Of a stretch of DNA of 64,000 nt, positions 1 through 12,324 are shown piece after piece. The notes beneath the pieces are model-generated. The model was not told the DNA's origin. It saw only the letters and a list, made by a program, of their open reading frames with translations, and made no database searches. The DNA comes from Flectonema sp. DT1601. Lineage: Eukaryota. How positions within the stretch are numbered: the stretch's first letter is position 1; every line of letters begins with the position of its first letter. The translations under genes were made by a program, and so were the position numbers. The stretch spans positions 620,001 through 684,000 of the forward strand of contig OZ025783.1 of NCBI GenBank assembly GCA_964019425.1, given 5' to 3'.

Positions 1-1
1 C

Positions 2-2559
2 TACAGGTGGGTCTTCAGAGATGAAGGAGAATATTTAAACTTCAGAGACTACTGCCTTAAGAATTGGTACGACTTCCCTTCTCTCATATCTGACGTTCCC
101 GGAGTCACTACTGCTGGACCTCTTAATATTTTAGTAGTTGCGAGACTTATTCGTGTTTTGAGAGTATTTAAAATGTTTCGAGTCGTTAGATTATATCACA
201 AACTAACTCAACAACAAGCAGTCTTGGGATTAATTCTAAGATACGACACAATCTGGCAAGCTGTATTCGTCTGTGGTCTTATATTGTCATTGGGAGTCGT
301 CATAAAACTATTTGAACAGCAAGAGGATCCTGAATTTGAACCGTATGCAAATGTTCTGTGGTTTTGTGTTGTCACAGTTACGACTATTGGATATGGTGAC
401 ATGGTACCGGTGAATCCTGTTGCGAGAATTCTCGCAGTATTTTTGATGGTTTCGGGTATTGGGATCATCGGAGTTTTAACTGCTTCCATGGGAGACGCCG
501 TTCGCTACTCCGGTGTCGACAAAGGAATGATGATGGAACGTGTTAAAAAATTACAACAAGGCAAATGGCGACTCGCACTCGAATACTTGCGTGTTTCTGT
601 TTTATACAACCCGATCTTTAATGTTATTAAACCTTTCGCAAGAGGGAAGTGTGCCCATCCGAGTTGCACATGTCCATTAATTACTTCAGTGATTGGTTGC
701 ATTAAAATATCATACGGCTACTACAAGTACCATGCTAATTGCTTTCGTTGCCATGGTTGTGGTCGTTCTCCATGGCATGGAGGATCTCTTAACAACACTG
801 GTGAGTGTTGGGTTGTTACAGATGCGACACGCAGTCCTAGGCAACGTGGTCATCGTGGTTCGATTCCAGGAAAGTATAGCAGGAAAGGTGATGAAGAAAC
901 AATTGAGTTTCGCTGTAAAGCAAACATATACCTTCATAGATCATGTCTTCTTCGTGATCGAGGAGGGAAGGACGATCTAGCAGGGACCGCTAGATCAGAA
1001 TCTTCAAGACTCTCTCGTGGTTCTGGTGGTGGCACAACAACATATGGTGCTTCTGGTGGAGAAGTTGTTGTTGAGGAATTACTCGTTAAAGGTTTAACTG
1101 GTGCAGCATATCAATTTAATGGAACGTACATAAGAAAACCAGCCATAGATGATGACAGTCCTGTACTCTTTGATCATAAGAAGAGTAATGCTGTCGTTAC
1201 TACAGGTGATAGTCGTAAACATTGGATTCTTGTAAACCGTTCAGGGACACAAGAAACGTGTTATGCGACTGCGCATTCTCTTTTGGGGGAATGGACTGGT
1301 AGTAATCCAAAGTTTGGACAGCCTTCAGTTGATGATGGTTGTGCTCAACACCATTCATGGTGGAAGATGTACGACACGTTAGATATTCCTCCTCGAAATT
1401 TAATTCAACACTACGCTTCTCATCGAACAAAGAATCAATTCTTAACTCTTATCGGTTGTCTTGACGAATCTGCTGAAACTTCTGGCGGAAAGTTCTCAGC
1501 CGGAGGTGCAAAAAAACGCACCGACTACTCCACAACAATTGAAAAAGTGAGAACTCAAATAAAGGTTGTTACAGATTTTGGTGAGAGGAGAGTGTTATTG
1601 AGGGCTCCATGCCTTTTACAAGACCGCCTTCAACTTATTTTAAAAACACATAAATTACAAGAGAATGAAAAGGTTAAAAACTATGAATTACTAAGAGACC
1701 ACTTGGAGTACTTAATATACCAGAAGTGTGGAAAAAAACTGCAAGGAACAATGTTGGCAAAGGTTTTTTCTATTAGAGCTTCGTTAGAACTTAGCGCAGA
1801 AATTCAACAACAAAAAGCGAAACACCAACACATGTCTGATAATGCATCTCAGACTCCATCTGGGGTATCAAGTTGGGGTGAATGGGATGATGAAGATATT
1901 GATTGGAGTGACCCAGTAGAGTGGACACTTCATGAATTAGACAGATGCCTTATTGATCATGATGTGGATAAGTTAGATGCTTATCCTTCAATAAAAACAG
2001 AACTTGAACACTTAGTACTAACATACGATCGTGTCATGATGTCCACTTGGGCCTGGGAAAACTTAACTTGGGATCGATGGCATGAAAGAGCTGAACGTCC
2101 ATCACGTCTTCAAAGTAAACTTGCAGAAATGCCAGTTATTCCTGATGGTAGAGAGGAGTATTGTGAAGCAGAAACAATGCTACTCGATCCTTTAACTGAA
2201 GAACTTGAAAAGCATCAAATTGAATGCACTAGAAATGTTGTCGACATGATGGGAGGGAACACAGCATCCGACAGAATCCACCGCTCAGTATCGGTATGTA
2301 CTTATCATTTATTGTTTTCATCTGTTCCATTAAAAATATCACTTTTTCCCCAATCTTTTTATTCCCCCCGCTCTATAAAATCTCTCCTTTGTACGAAATC
2401 TTTCAGCTGCTTACATCCCCCAGGAGTCTTCTTGTGTAGCTGTTACGTATTAATTTTATTTACTCACCCTTAATACACCCCAAACAGTTATTTCAAAGAG
2501 GCCTTGGGGGAAGCTCTGATGGAATGAAGCCTGGTCACTTAATATTTGGCACACATTGA
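2..2559 (+). CDS. Voltage-gated K+ channel with LIM-like zinc-binding region (5'-partial; exons <2-2293, 2488-2559)
   Basis: Frame is open from nt 2. S4 segment ARLIRVLRVFKMFRVVRL, pore TVTTIGYGD, then S6. GTATGT donor at 2294 and AAACAG acceptor at 2487 give an in-frame end LFQRG...GTH*, replacing an intron-like tail of the ORF. Confidence 0.85.
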
Positions 2560-3374
2560 TATCTCGCTATCTGGTTTTTTTTGATGAACGGAAAATCTGT
2601 TTTTTTTGCTTCTCAAAAGAAAAGATAAAAAGTAGTTTGAAAGTCAACACTGCAACGTACCTCCACTAGAGTTCCCCCAGCTTCGTATGGAAAGAGAAAG
2701 AAGAAAAAAAACAAAACTCCTCTAGCCTTCTCAGCCGTGCTTTGTTTTAATCATAATCCGAATAAAAAATTTCTGTTTCCTCTAGCCACGTTTTCCCTTT
2801 CTAATTCGTGATAAGAAGCGGTGTAAGCAAAAACAACAAGTGTCTATGAGCGGATGATCGACTTCCTCTTCTCTTGCATTTGCTCGTCAAGTAGTAATTA
2901 TCTTTTCACCCATTCACATATGTTAAAAAATAATAATATTGTAACGTATTCTTCAGAATTTTTTTTTTCCAAAAAAAAAAAAAAAAAAAGCTTACAGCTT
3001 ACCTACCGAACAGGGGCGCAATTTTTTTTTTTTTTTTTTTTCTCCTTTTTTCCCCTTCGCTAATTTAAGCTCAAAAAAAAAACCTTTTCGATTTCGGATT
3101 TTGTCCTTTTTCGGGGGAAGAAAACAAAACAAAAAAAACGAAACTTTTTTGTTACTGAATGTCCGTTGAAAATCAGGGTGTTCTGAAGACGCGTTATAAG
3201 TTTCGTAAAAAAAAAGGTTAGGCAGAGTGCAAGCGCAGAAACGATTTATTTCGCTACCTCGTAGTGCACAATTTTCTAAATTCTCTGCTACTTTCCTTTT
3301 TATTAGTTTTTAATTCTGAATTCTCTCATTTCTATGTCTTATGATTCAATGATGTTAAACGTGTGAAATGATGC

Positions 3375-3406
<32 letters not shown>

Positions 3407-5495
3407 AAGAGGAAGAAAGAGAATAAAATACACGTAATTCCTTATCAATTCAGTTGTTTTGTTTGTACTGTTTTGTTTTGGTATTAGTTTTTTCCTCAAT
3501 TACGGGGGGTATCCTATCAGCGATGCATAAACGGTATAATCCTCCTGTTAGTGCGCGAAATTAGCAGGAAACGATACAGTCTTGATCAACGTTTGGGTAT
3601 TGTTTTTTTTGTGTCATAAGACCCTTTTTTTTTTTTTTTTGCACCATCAAAAGTCGGAGAAGAAACTATTCGAACTAAGAACGGTTATCTATTTCTCTCT
3701 GTGCTGTGTATCCAGTATTACTGCTTGTACAGTTTGCGATCAAACAAATCAATTTTTTTTTTTTTTTTTTTTTTCCCGCGTCCATTCGGGAAAATACACA
3801 ATAAATCTAGTGGTAGCAATCAATTAAGAAGTTCTTTTCAAAAAAAAAAAAAAAAAAAACCTCACTAAAAAGATTTGGCACTATACTCTTGGTTGGTGGC
3901 ATGTAGAGTAGCCAATGTTTCTTTATTATTAATGAACCAATTCTCAAACAAGGCGGTTGGATTTTATCCTCGATGTAAACTACCATTTAATACCTGTAGC
4001 GTAACTCACCTATTCCTTATTAGGATTTCGTATTAGTTGCGCACAAACTGAATCTTCTTTTTGTTCCTTTTCGCTTTACTGGTTATCGCTTTCATGCTGA
4101 TGGGGAAAGCACTACTTATTTTTTTGGGACCTGGAGGGTGAGTTTGTCTTTTTTATCCATAAAGCCAGACTTTGATAAATGATTTCCGTTAAAAAAAAAA
4201 AAAAAAAAAAAATAATGTGATGTAAAAAAAAAAAAAAAGAAAAAACCCGTTGTGTGGATATCCTGTTTGCAATGAAATTCACACAACGGGTGATACACCC
4301 TCCGCTTAGAGTGCAGTCTGCCACCTGTCCTTTTCCATTTTTTACTTATTATTTAAATGAATAGTTAAAAAGTTTCTTATTTATTATTATCTTTTTTTTT
4401 CTTTCTCCCATTGAGTGAGTTTGTTAGTAAGTATTTCTTTTCGTACAGGTAAAGACACTTTTCACAAATACAAAACAACAACCCACAGCTACGACGAAAC
4501 AACTCAGATGAAGCATCAGATTTACAAGGAACATCGAACAGGAGTATTGTTTTTGATTAAGAGCGAGCAGATAAATTGTTAAATGTTTTGTTACCTCAAC
4601 AGACCGACAATTGTAGAGAACCTTTTTAGAGTTATCTTTATAACTCTCTCTCTTTTTTTTCCCATCTTTTTTTTGTTCGTTTGTTTGTTTTTTTTGTTTA
4701 AAACTATTCAGATTGAAAAGCCGATATTGTGACCATAACTTATCTTCCCCCTGTGCGACAGGATTCTGTCTGCGTTTTCATAAATGAAAAATATAAGGCT
4801 ATTCTGAAATAATTTTATAAATATTAGTTACTTTATGGTGTTTGTCATTCCTCAATAACAGCAAGCTGGTGATTTTTTTTTTTTTTTCTTCTTCACCGCA
4901 GTTGTTACTTACTATTATTCACGTCTGGCTAATCGGGTAGAATTTAGTTGCGCGTGGTTGAGATACCTTCCTGGTTTTTGTGGCTCTTTCAAAAGCGATT
5001 GTTGACAATGAAACAAAAAATCACTCCACTTTTATTCGTAGCCAGATAAGTTTGTTTCACCAATCAGATAGACTTGTGGAAAAGAAAATTAGAAAGGTCT
5101 TCTTACTGGGTTATCATCTATTACCCTGCGAGAATGATAAACCTGACCTTCACATCTATCACTACTGTAAAGTCGAGACTTGATCCCCAAGTCGATGATA
5201 GATACCAATCACTTTATTCTAACATATCGTGTGAAGGTTCTGATACTTGCAGTAAGTCGTTGTTTACAAAAAAGAACTAGAAAAAAAAAAAAAGAAAAGA
5301 AAAGGATTTTTACTTTATTGTTATTAACAGGAGCAGCTAAGTCAAGTAAAACGCGTCATGGCTTTGAGTATTATTGACAAGACTTGCACATAAATGAAAA
5401 TTGTCTTGTTGTGTGGTAAACAAACAATTCATTGTAATTTAATCATTATTTCCCCACAGTAAGCATCTCACTCGAGAAGTGATCACTGCAACAAG

Positions 5496-7817
5496 ATGGG
5501 AGGCAAACCTTGTGATAAAGGTGGTGGTAGCGGGAGTGGTAAACAGCCATCAAAACACTTCGCAAAATCAGACACCAACCCAACTCAAAGAAAAAATAAC
5601 GAGCCGGTCCCTCCGGAAGTAAAACCCGTTGAAGAGAAAAAGGTTGAAGAAGAGGAGGAGGAAGAAAAACCTATGCGATGGTACGAAATGGATGAGGAAG
5701 ACGTATGTACCATTCTACATGATATTTTTTAGTCATAAATAATTTTCACATATTGTATTATAATAATAATAAAAACAGTTCTCCGTTAATGCCATGGCAG
5801 AACTAGAGGTAAAGATGAATCAAAAAGTTACAATGCAAGCCGTGCACTCCATCAAACCATCACCGCCAAGCCGTGGAGGAAAATCTAAAAAGAAAGGCGG
5901 TGTGACAACAAGAAAGCAACACCAACAACACCAACATCAACAACAGCAACAACAGCAACATCAAGGTCATGATGGAGGTACGCCTTCAAGGGAAGGGTGG
6001 ACGAAATTCTTTGGAAGAAGGTGGAATCCAGTACCAGTCTTAAGTAAAAGAGGTGCTCTCTCTGGTAGAAAAGGTGATACTAGAGCTGCAATAGAATATG
6101 ATATGTACGATAATGATAATAGAGGAATGTCATTCGATGAAACTGAAAGTGATCTCTGCTCTCTTCCACAACAACCCAGCATGCATTCTCACACTTCAGC
6201 GCAACCTACTGCACCGCCTTGTAAGTATTTCGCTCAAGGTCGATGCAGAAAAGGTTCATCTTGCACGTTCTTACATGGCAATAGTAACTCATCACAGCAA
6301 TACCCTGGTAGATATCAAAATGAGTTTCCAGATCATCCGGAACCTGGTGTTTGTACGAGTTGGTTTTATAATGGTCACTGTAACAATCCGAGTTGTAATT
6401 TAAATCATTTTATGAGAGATTATTTTGAAGAAGAAGAAACAGCTCCTCAAGAAGACACTCCAGTTTGCAGTCAATGGCTACAGGGAAGATGCAAGGATGA
6501 ATCTAGATGTGGTCTCCGTCATGGTGAAACGACATCTAACGAACCAGAGCCTGATACGAATACAATGTTTTCTGTTGTCAGTAGAGGTGCTGGTCGTGTA
6601 GCCAATGCGGTTGCGACTTCCATTCAACAGCTTCGAGAGAATGTTAATAATCTTAGAACAACTCTCAGTCCTCATTATCAAAATATTTTAACAAGAAATC
6701 TTCAAATGTGTCTCGGTACCTTAACACTTGAACACCGTGACACTCTTCTCGGACTTCCTCAGGATGTTGTTGGTTTGACTCGTTTTCGTTCAGTCCTCGT
6801 AAAGAGAACTTTGAAGTGGGCGTACGACAGCAACAAGTATGTGTTTATTTTTGTTTCTTTTTCTTTCTAAGAAGAACGAAACCACAGAGGCAATACAGTT
6901 GCTTAGTTCTTTTTCACAAATAATAAAACAGTCTCACTGCTATTGAGTCAGTTGCTCTTTGGGAAGATAAGCTCCGAAAGTGGATGCGGCAACCCGACGA
7001 GGGTTCCGGTTTTTGTAAGTATTTCGAACAGAATCTGTGCAACATCTTCATGGAGACTGTACGATGTCTGCTAGCGTTACCAACAGTTAGAGTTCGTACT
7101 GATTGGGTTCATCAAGCAGTGTCGATGAGTACTTCACCTGATCCTATTCAAGATATATTTAATAAATGGCTTTGGTTCTCAACAGTACGTCCTGAAATAT
7201 CACAAGAAGAAATATCAACGGGATTTTATAAAGCATTCAGTATGAATGGTGTCACATGGTCTACTATGCAACATGCGAAGTGGCCATTGCCATTCAGAGC
7301 AAGGACCAAACTACTAATCCACTCTTTTAAGAAACGGAAAAATAAATGCTATGAAAGAATCTTATCATCTAGAGTACTACTACCGCAGATCTTATCATTC
7401 TTACCTCCGGTATGCCCGTGTGATGTCCCAGAGTCAGAGTTAGAGGTTGGAAGTCATCCATACCTCGATGCCTTGTGCTCAACACTAATTTCATACAATT
7501 CCGGGATTGCCACTGAAGAGAATATTACGATTAGGAATGATTTACTTGGTGAGTTAGTGTACCCTCTTGTGGTTCAATCTCTCGGACAGGATTCAGCACC
7601 GATGATAACTGGAATGCTATTGGAGTTACCTACGTCAGATTTATTACTTGAAGCTATGAATCCACTACGATTCGCTTCTACTCTACAGGAAGCATGTCGA
7701 GCCCTAGAGACTGGTGAAGGTGACCACGGCGATGAAGGAGCCTACGAGGAATACGAAGAGTATTACGAGCATGAGGAATGGGAAGAGTACCCTGAAGAAC
7801 AAAAAGATGATTCGTAG
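5496..7817 (+). CDS. CCCH zinc-finger (x3) protein with C-terminal MLLE/PABC domain (exons 5496-5702, 5779-6836, 6932-7817)
   Basis: Two GTATGT...AAACAG introns join three ORFs in frame. Fingers CKYFAQGRCRKGSSCTFLH, CTSWFYNGHCNNPSCNLNH and CSQWLQGRCKDESRCGLRH; MLLE signature LGELVYPLV...APMITGMLLEL. Confidence 0.85.
5703..5778 (+). other. Spliceosomal intron, 76 nt, phase 0
   Basis: GTATGT...AAAAACAG, very AT-rich; removal joins GAC to TTC in frame with the 5794 ORF. Confidence 0.85.
6837..6931 (+). other. Spliceosomal intron, 95 nt, phase 2
   Basis: GTATGT...AAAACAG; removal gives AA|T CTC ACT... in frame with the 6984 ORF. Confidence 0.85.
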
Positions 7818-8654
7818 TTTGATCTTATCATCGCTGTGTATTCTGTGGCGAAATATCATATTTCCCTTTTTCGCTTTTTTATTTTCCTCCCCTTTTTTTT
7901 TTCTGAAAAAAAAAAAAAAAAAAAGGTACGATACGTCCGTTCCTGTAACGAATGAAAGAACCAGGAGAGAAAAAAAAAAAAAATCTCACCAAGCGACTGT
8001 TTTTTTTAGTTCTCATGAAGGAGCATTGTGTATCAGTGTACCACAGAAGTCTTTATTTTCCCTTACTTATTCGTTCGACACTTCTGTATGTAGCAGGTGG
8101 TTTGCAATAAAAAAACCCGTGTTTTTCCCCTCTTTGGTTTTTATTTTATTTTTTTATTCTCCTTTCTCTCTTTTATTTTTTATATTATTTTTGTTAGTTC
8201 AGCCTCATCCCCCCCGTATCTCTCTTTTGGATCATATTATCAAGAACGAATTATAAAACAAGATTGTAGAACGGAAAAGGGAGAATGAATGAATGAATGA
8301 GAGGTAACATCTAAATCTTAACTACGGCTGATTGTGTTATTATTGACAGCTGTAAAGACAACGTGGTGTTGTTACATGTGACGCCAATCAAACCTAGTAA
8401 GTGGTTCTCAATGGGTTTCTTTACCCACCCCAATCCCACCCCCAATTCTTTCGTAAAGTGGTTACTTGCATTCATATCAATTTGAGTTTCTTGTTGTGTG
8501 CTGGCTGGAGTGTTGCGATGTGCAGTTGTTTTTCGTGTTCAGGTTCTAAGATGAGATGGCACATACTTGTGAGTGATGTTGTTGTTATTAATAATTTTGT
8601 AGAAAGTTGAGGATTGTAATTATTTGTAGTTTCCAGTGAGAAACAACAAACAAA

Positions 8655-9407
8655 ATGACGGCAGTGCCGACCATGATCCCCTCAACACCACTACCAGCTG
8701 GTCAAACATATAGCCCGACTGTTGTACCAACTGCCGTACCGACAGCAGTTCCTCCGACTCCACTTCCGCCGGGGCAGACGTACGGTCCAACAGCCGTACC
8801 AACGGCTGTGCCGACAGCAGTTCCTCCGACTCCACTTCCGCCGGGGCAGACGTACGGTCCAACAGCCGTACCGACTGCAGTGCCGACAGCAGTTCCTCCG
8901 ACTCCACTTCCACCAGGGCAGACGTACGGTCCAACAGTCATACCGACTGCAGTGCCAACGCGAGTACCTCCGACTCCACTTCCACCTGGGCAAACATACG
9001 GTCCAACGGCCATACCGACTGCAGTGCCAACGCGAGTACCTCCAACTCCACTTCCACCTGGGCAGACATACGGCCCCACGGGAGTACCAACTCAGACTCC
9101 TAACACACTCCCACCAGGGATGACATATGCACCACTTAATACGCCAAATGCTGATGATGATTTCTCACCTGTTTTATTGATTGCTTTTCTCGCTGGCGGT
9201 ATTTTGCTCGTTCTAGGATTGCTTTGCGCTCACTCTTGTTGGGCGCAGCACCGTTCAAAGGCAAAGTTTGTTAATTACCCGGAGCACAAACAAAATCTGA
9301 TGCTGGAGGACGAAATGATCGAAAACAGTCCCAGGGCAAAACAAACATCACAATCCCCCGCTAAGGGACAAAAGACTGCACACACTACGTTAGGGTATAA
9401 AATGTAA
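8655..9407 (+). CDS. Pro/Thr-rich mucin-like single-pass membrane protein
   Basis: 24-aa repeats PPTPLPPGQTYGPTAVPTAVPTAV, then ADDDF and a hydrophobic helix VLLIAFLAGGILLVLGLLC. No obvious signal peptide. Confidence 0.8.
   Translation: MTAVPTMIPSTPLPAGQTYSPTVVPTAVPTAVPPTPLPPGQTYGPTAVPTAVPTAVPPTPLPPGQTYGPTAVPTAVPTAVPPTPLPPGQTYGPTVIPTAVPTRVPPTPLPPGQTYGPTAIPTAVPTRVPPTPLPPGQTYGPTGVPTQTPNTLPPGMTYAPLNTPNADDDFSPVLLIAFLAGGILLVLGLLCAHSCWAQHRSKAKFVNYPEHKQNLMLEDEMIENSPRAKQTSQSPAKGQKTAHTTLGYKM
8679..9090 (+). repeat. Coding 72-bp tandem repeat, about 5.5 copies
   Basis: CCTCCGACTCCACTTCC recurs at 72-nt spacing (8751, 8823, 8895, 8967), with mostly third-position differences. Confidence 0.9.
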
Positions 9408-9927
9408 TGCAAATCCGATTTTGACCCCGAAGCAAATTGTTTACAGGTTCTTAGCAACCCAACAGGTTGCATGAGGGAATAAAAAAAATAATGTTAATTT
9501 CACACAGCGATTCTTTCGGTTACTGGGCAGGGTTTTACTTCCTTAACTGGAGATTACAAGTTGGTTGTGCTTAATTGTTATAACTTTGTGATTCTTTTCA
9601 ATAAAAATATCCATTTGGCGCTCTCACCCTGCTGTCTAATTGCCATGTGAGATTCCCTTGGAAAAATGATTTTTTCGTCCAATCTTCCCGGCTACCTTGA
9701 GAATAATGCTATGCCATAACAATGCTATGACATTAAACATCGTAATTTTCTACCTCTTTTTCTTTTTTTGCCCTTTAAGTTTACCTGTAATAGTATTTCT
9801 GTATCTGCCTTGTGGTTGTTTATTAGTTCGGTTTTGTTCAGGATTATACGAGTTGTTGATTTCCTAAAAAAAAGAAATTCTTATTAGCGAGTAGTATTAT
9901 AATAACCTCACTAACAGTGAATACATA

Positions 9928-10629
9928 ATGAGTGGGAAGCAAAAACGAAAACTGGCAGACTCACCACAGAGTGAGTCTCTTATCAATTCTCAGTATTGTG
10001 GAATCTGTGAAGGAGCGAAAACAGCTTATTATCCTACAGTAGAATGTGATGTATGTAGAGTTTGGTCGCATATTAAATGCGTTGGGTTAGCAAGTGGAAT
10101 ACCAGCGATGGAAACTTATAAATATCGATGTGAGTCTTGTGGGGGTGGCCAAGAGAAAAAAGAATGGCGAGCAATTGATATCTGGAGAGCAGATCCAGCC
10201 AAACCACAACCGCCATCATCGTGGACAAGTATTTATTGTATTCCTACTGAGTGGATACCGCTGGTTGAAATTGGAAAGTTTACCTTTACGACTACATCTG
10301 ATATGAAGAAAATGATTATATTAGAATATGACAACGCACAGGTTATTAGGATATTCGCAAAGAACAATCGACTAACTGCCAGCGTCACTAAAAACTCTAC
10401 AAAAGTAGTGGCATCCTCACCCATCCCTCAAGAACACAATAATAGACTGCGAGAATTGAGATCCCTTTGTCAGTTTTGTTCAGTTCCTGGAGATGGTTTT
10501 GACGATTGTTTGCCATCATTAAACTCATCTCCTGATATCATATTAAAGAATCTTATGATTGGAGCTGCTGAAGACAATATAATCAGACGATGTCAAAACA
10601 GGTCTGATGAACCCTACATTATAGATTGA
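9928..10629 (+). CDS. PHD finger protein
   Basis: C4HC3 pattern CGIC...VECDVCRVWSHIKCVG...YRCESC; basic NLS-like N-terminus KQKRK. Confidence 0.8.
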   Translation: MSGKQKRKLADSPQSESLINSQYCGICEGAKTAYYPTVECDVCRVWSHIKCVGLASGIPAMETYKYRCESCGGGQEKKEWRAIDIWRADPAKPQPPSSWTSIYCIPTEWIPLVEIGKFTFTTTSDMKKMIILEYDNAQVIRIFAKNNRLTASVTKNSTKVVASSPIPQEHNNRLRELRSLCQFCSVPGDGFDDCLPSLNSSPDIILKNLMIGAAEDNIIRRCQNRSDEPYIID

Positions 10630-10723
10630 AAAAAAATGTACTTTTTTGTAAATTGCTTTTATAAATAGATACTCACATTATATTCAAAACCACGTTATTC
10701 CTTTCACACAGATTTTGATAAGA

Positions 10724-10995
10724 ATGCCGAGGGTTCGGTCAACAATCGACTCCTCGAGTGCACCCGTATGTAATTTTTTTTATTATTTTCATATTTTTTT
10801 TCAAAGTTTTAAAAAAACCACAACATAAAACTATAACAGAAAAAGTGCTACATGCAATACGGGTCTACCTGCCCTCCTAGAGGAGTGGATTGCTCAATGA
10901 AAGACTGTTACGAGAGAGAGTTCACTGATGGGCCGTACATGGAAGCAAAACGACTTTACGTAACATTCAAGAAAGCTGGGTCCAGATATGAATAA
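10724..10995 (+). CDS. Small two-exon protein, 65 aa, not in the ORF track (exons 10724-10765, 10840-10995)
   Basis: CACACAG acceptor 12 nt before the ATG; phase-0 GTATGT...TAACAG intron. Product MPRVRSTIDSSSAP|KKCYMQYGSTCPPRGVDCSMKDCYEREFTDGPYMEAKRLYVTFKKAGSRYE. Confidence 0.6.
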
Positions 10996-11364
10996 GGGTA
11001 CACCTAACGTAGAGTTACTGATTGTGTGATTAGTGACTTATGTTCTTAGCCACCAATTTGAAAAAAAAAATAAAAAAAATGAAAAAACAAATGGGAAAAA
11101 GGGTTAAAGTGCAAAGAAGAAAATCCGTCAAACATTGTAAGCAAACCCGTCATTTGATTTTTAATTTACACGTTTCGAAAAACTGTCGACAAAACCGAAA
11201 AAAAGAAAAAGAAAAAACTGATTCATTTGTTTCGTTTGTTTTCTTAGTTACCTTAGAGAACAACCCACTTACCATTTCATGTTATACCTCTTTGTTATAT
11301 AATTCAATGATTTCTTTTTTAATTCTTAATTTCCTTTTTTTCAACTACTAAGGGGCCACACACT

Positions 11365-12324
11365 ATGTCAAATGAGACATTTAAACCAGGAGACTGGTAC
11401 TGCGAAGCCTGTGGGAATCATAATTTTGCCAGGCGCACCCAATGCCATAGATGCGGGTGTGTATTCACAATGTGTTTCCTAAAATAAATGGACAAGCAAA
11501 TGATAAAAAACTCCCTCCTTGAATCGAGTGCACTCATTTAGTGGAACCATCACATCGTTGGAGACGAATTGCTTTGTTGCAAAAGAGATAAGTAAAAGAA
11601 AATAGCATATTCATGTTACCTTATTTACAAAAACAAAAACAAAAACAGTGCCGTAAAAACAACAAATTACTGGGGAGGTGGCCCACTACAACTGCAGCCA
11701 ACACGGATAGGAAATGTGAGGCGTGAGGCAGGTGATTGGGATTGCGAACAATGCGGAAATATGAACTTTCAACGAAGGTCTGAATGCCATATGTATGTAT
11801 TAATATAAATGGAATAAAATGAAATCTCTTTGATCCCAAACAACACATTCCCAAACAGGTGTCAAACTCCTCGTAATTTCAATTCTTATAATCAACTATT
11901 TGCATATGATTATAGCATGGACCCAATGGCATATCAGCAATTTATTACGCAAGAACACATGCAGCAACAACAACAACAACAGCAACAACAACAGCAGCAG
12001 CAACAGCAGCAACAACAACAACAATATCAGCGAACGCCGCAGTCACAACCTGCAAGAGGACCAGATGATTGGGATTGTTGGATTTGTGGTAGTATGAACT
12101 ACGCAAAGCGAACATCATGTCATCAATGTTCTCATGATAAAGATAAGTGTCTTCCAAAAAAGGGTGCTGAGACAGCAAAACCTGGAGACTGGCTGTGCAT
12201 GCAATGCCAAAGTGTTAACTTCCATTACAGACAGGACTGCCTCACCTGTAACCAACCTCGCAAGAAGGTTTCTAATGAACTTGTCCTTGACGAGTTACGT
12301 AGCCAAGGAAGAATATCACACTAG
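11365..12324 (+). CDS. RanBP2-type zinc-finger (x4) RNA-binding protein with polyQ (exons 11365-11456, 11649-11792, 11859-12324)
   Basis: Four (G/D)DW-x-C-x2-C-x3-N-x6-C-x2-C fingers after removing two phase-2 introns (GTGTGT..AAACAG and GTATGT..AAACAG); finger 2 is completed only by splicing. Confidence 0.9.
11962..12024 (+). repeat. CAA/CAG microsatellite encoding polyQ
   Basis: Run of CAG/CAA codons seen directly. Confidence 0.9.

Noticed and set aside
2560..5460. Telomerase RNA in the structured gene-free interval
   Set aside because: I saw no CCCTAA-type template sequence.
10602..10711. Intron extending the PHD gene into 10712+
   Set aside because: The GTCTGA donor is phase 2 and produces an immediate stop; a separate small gene fits better.
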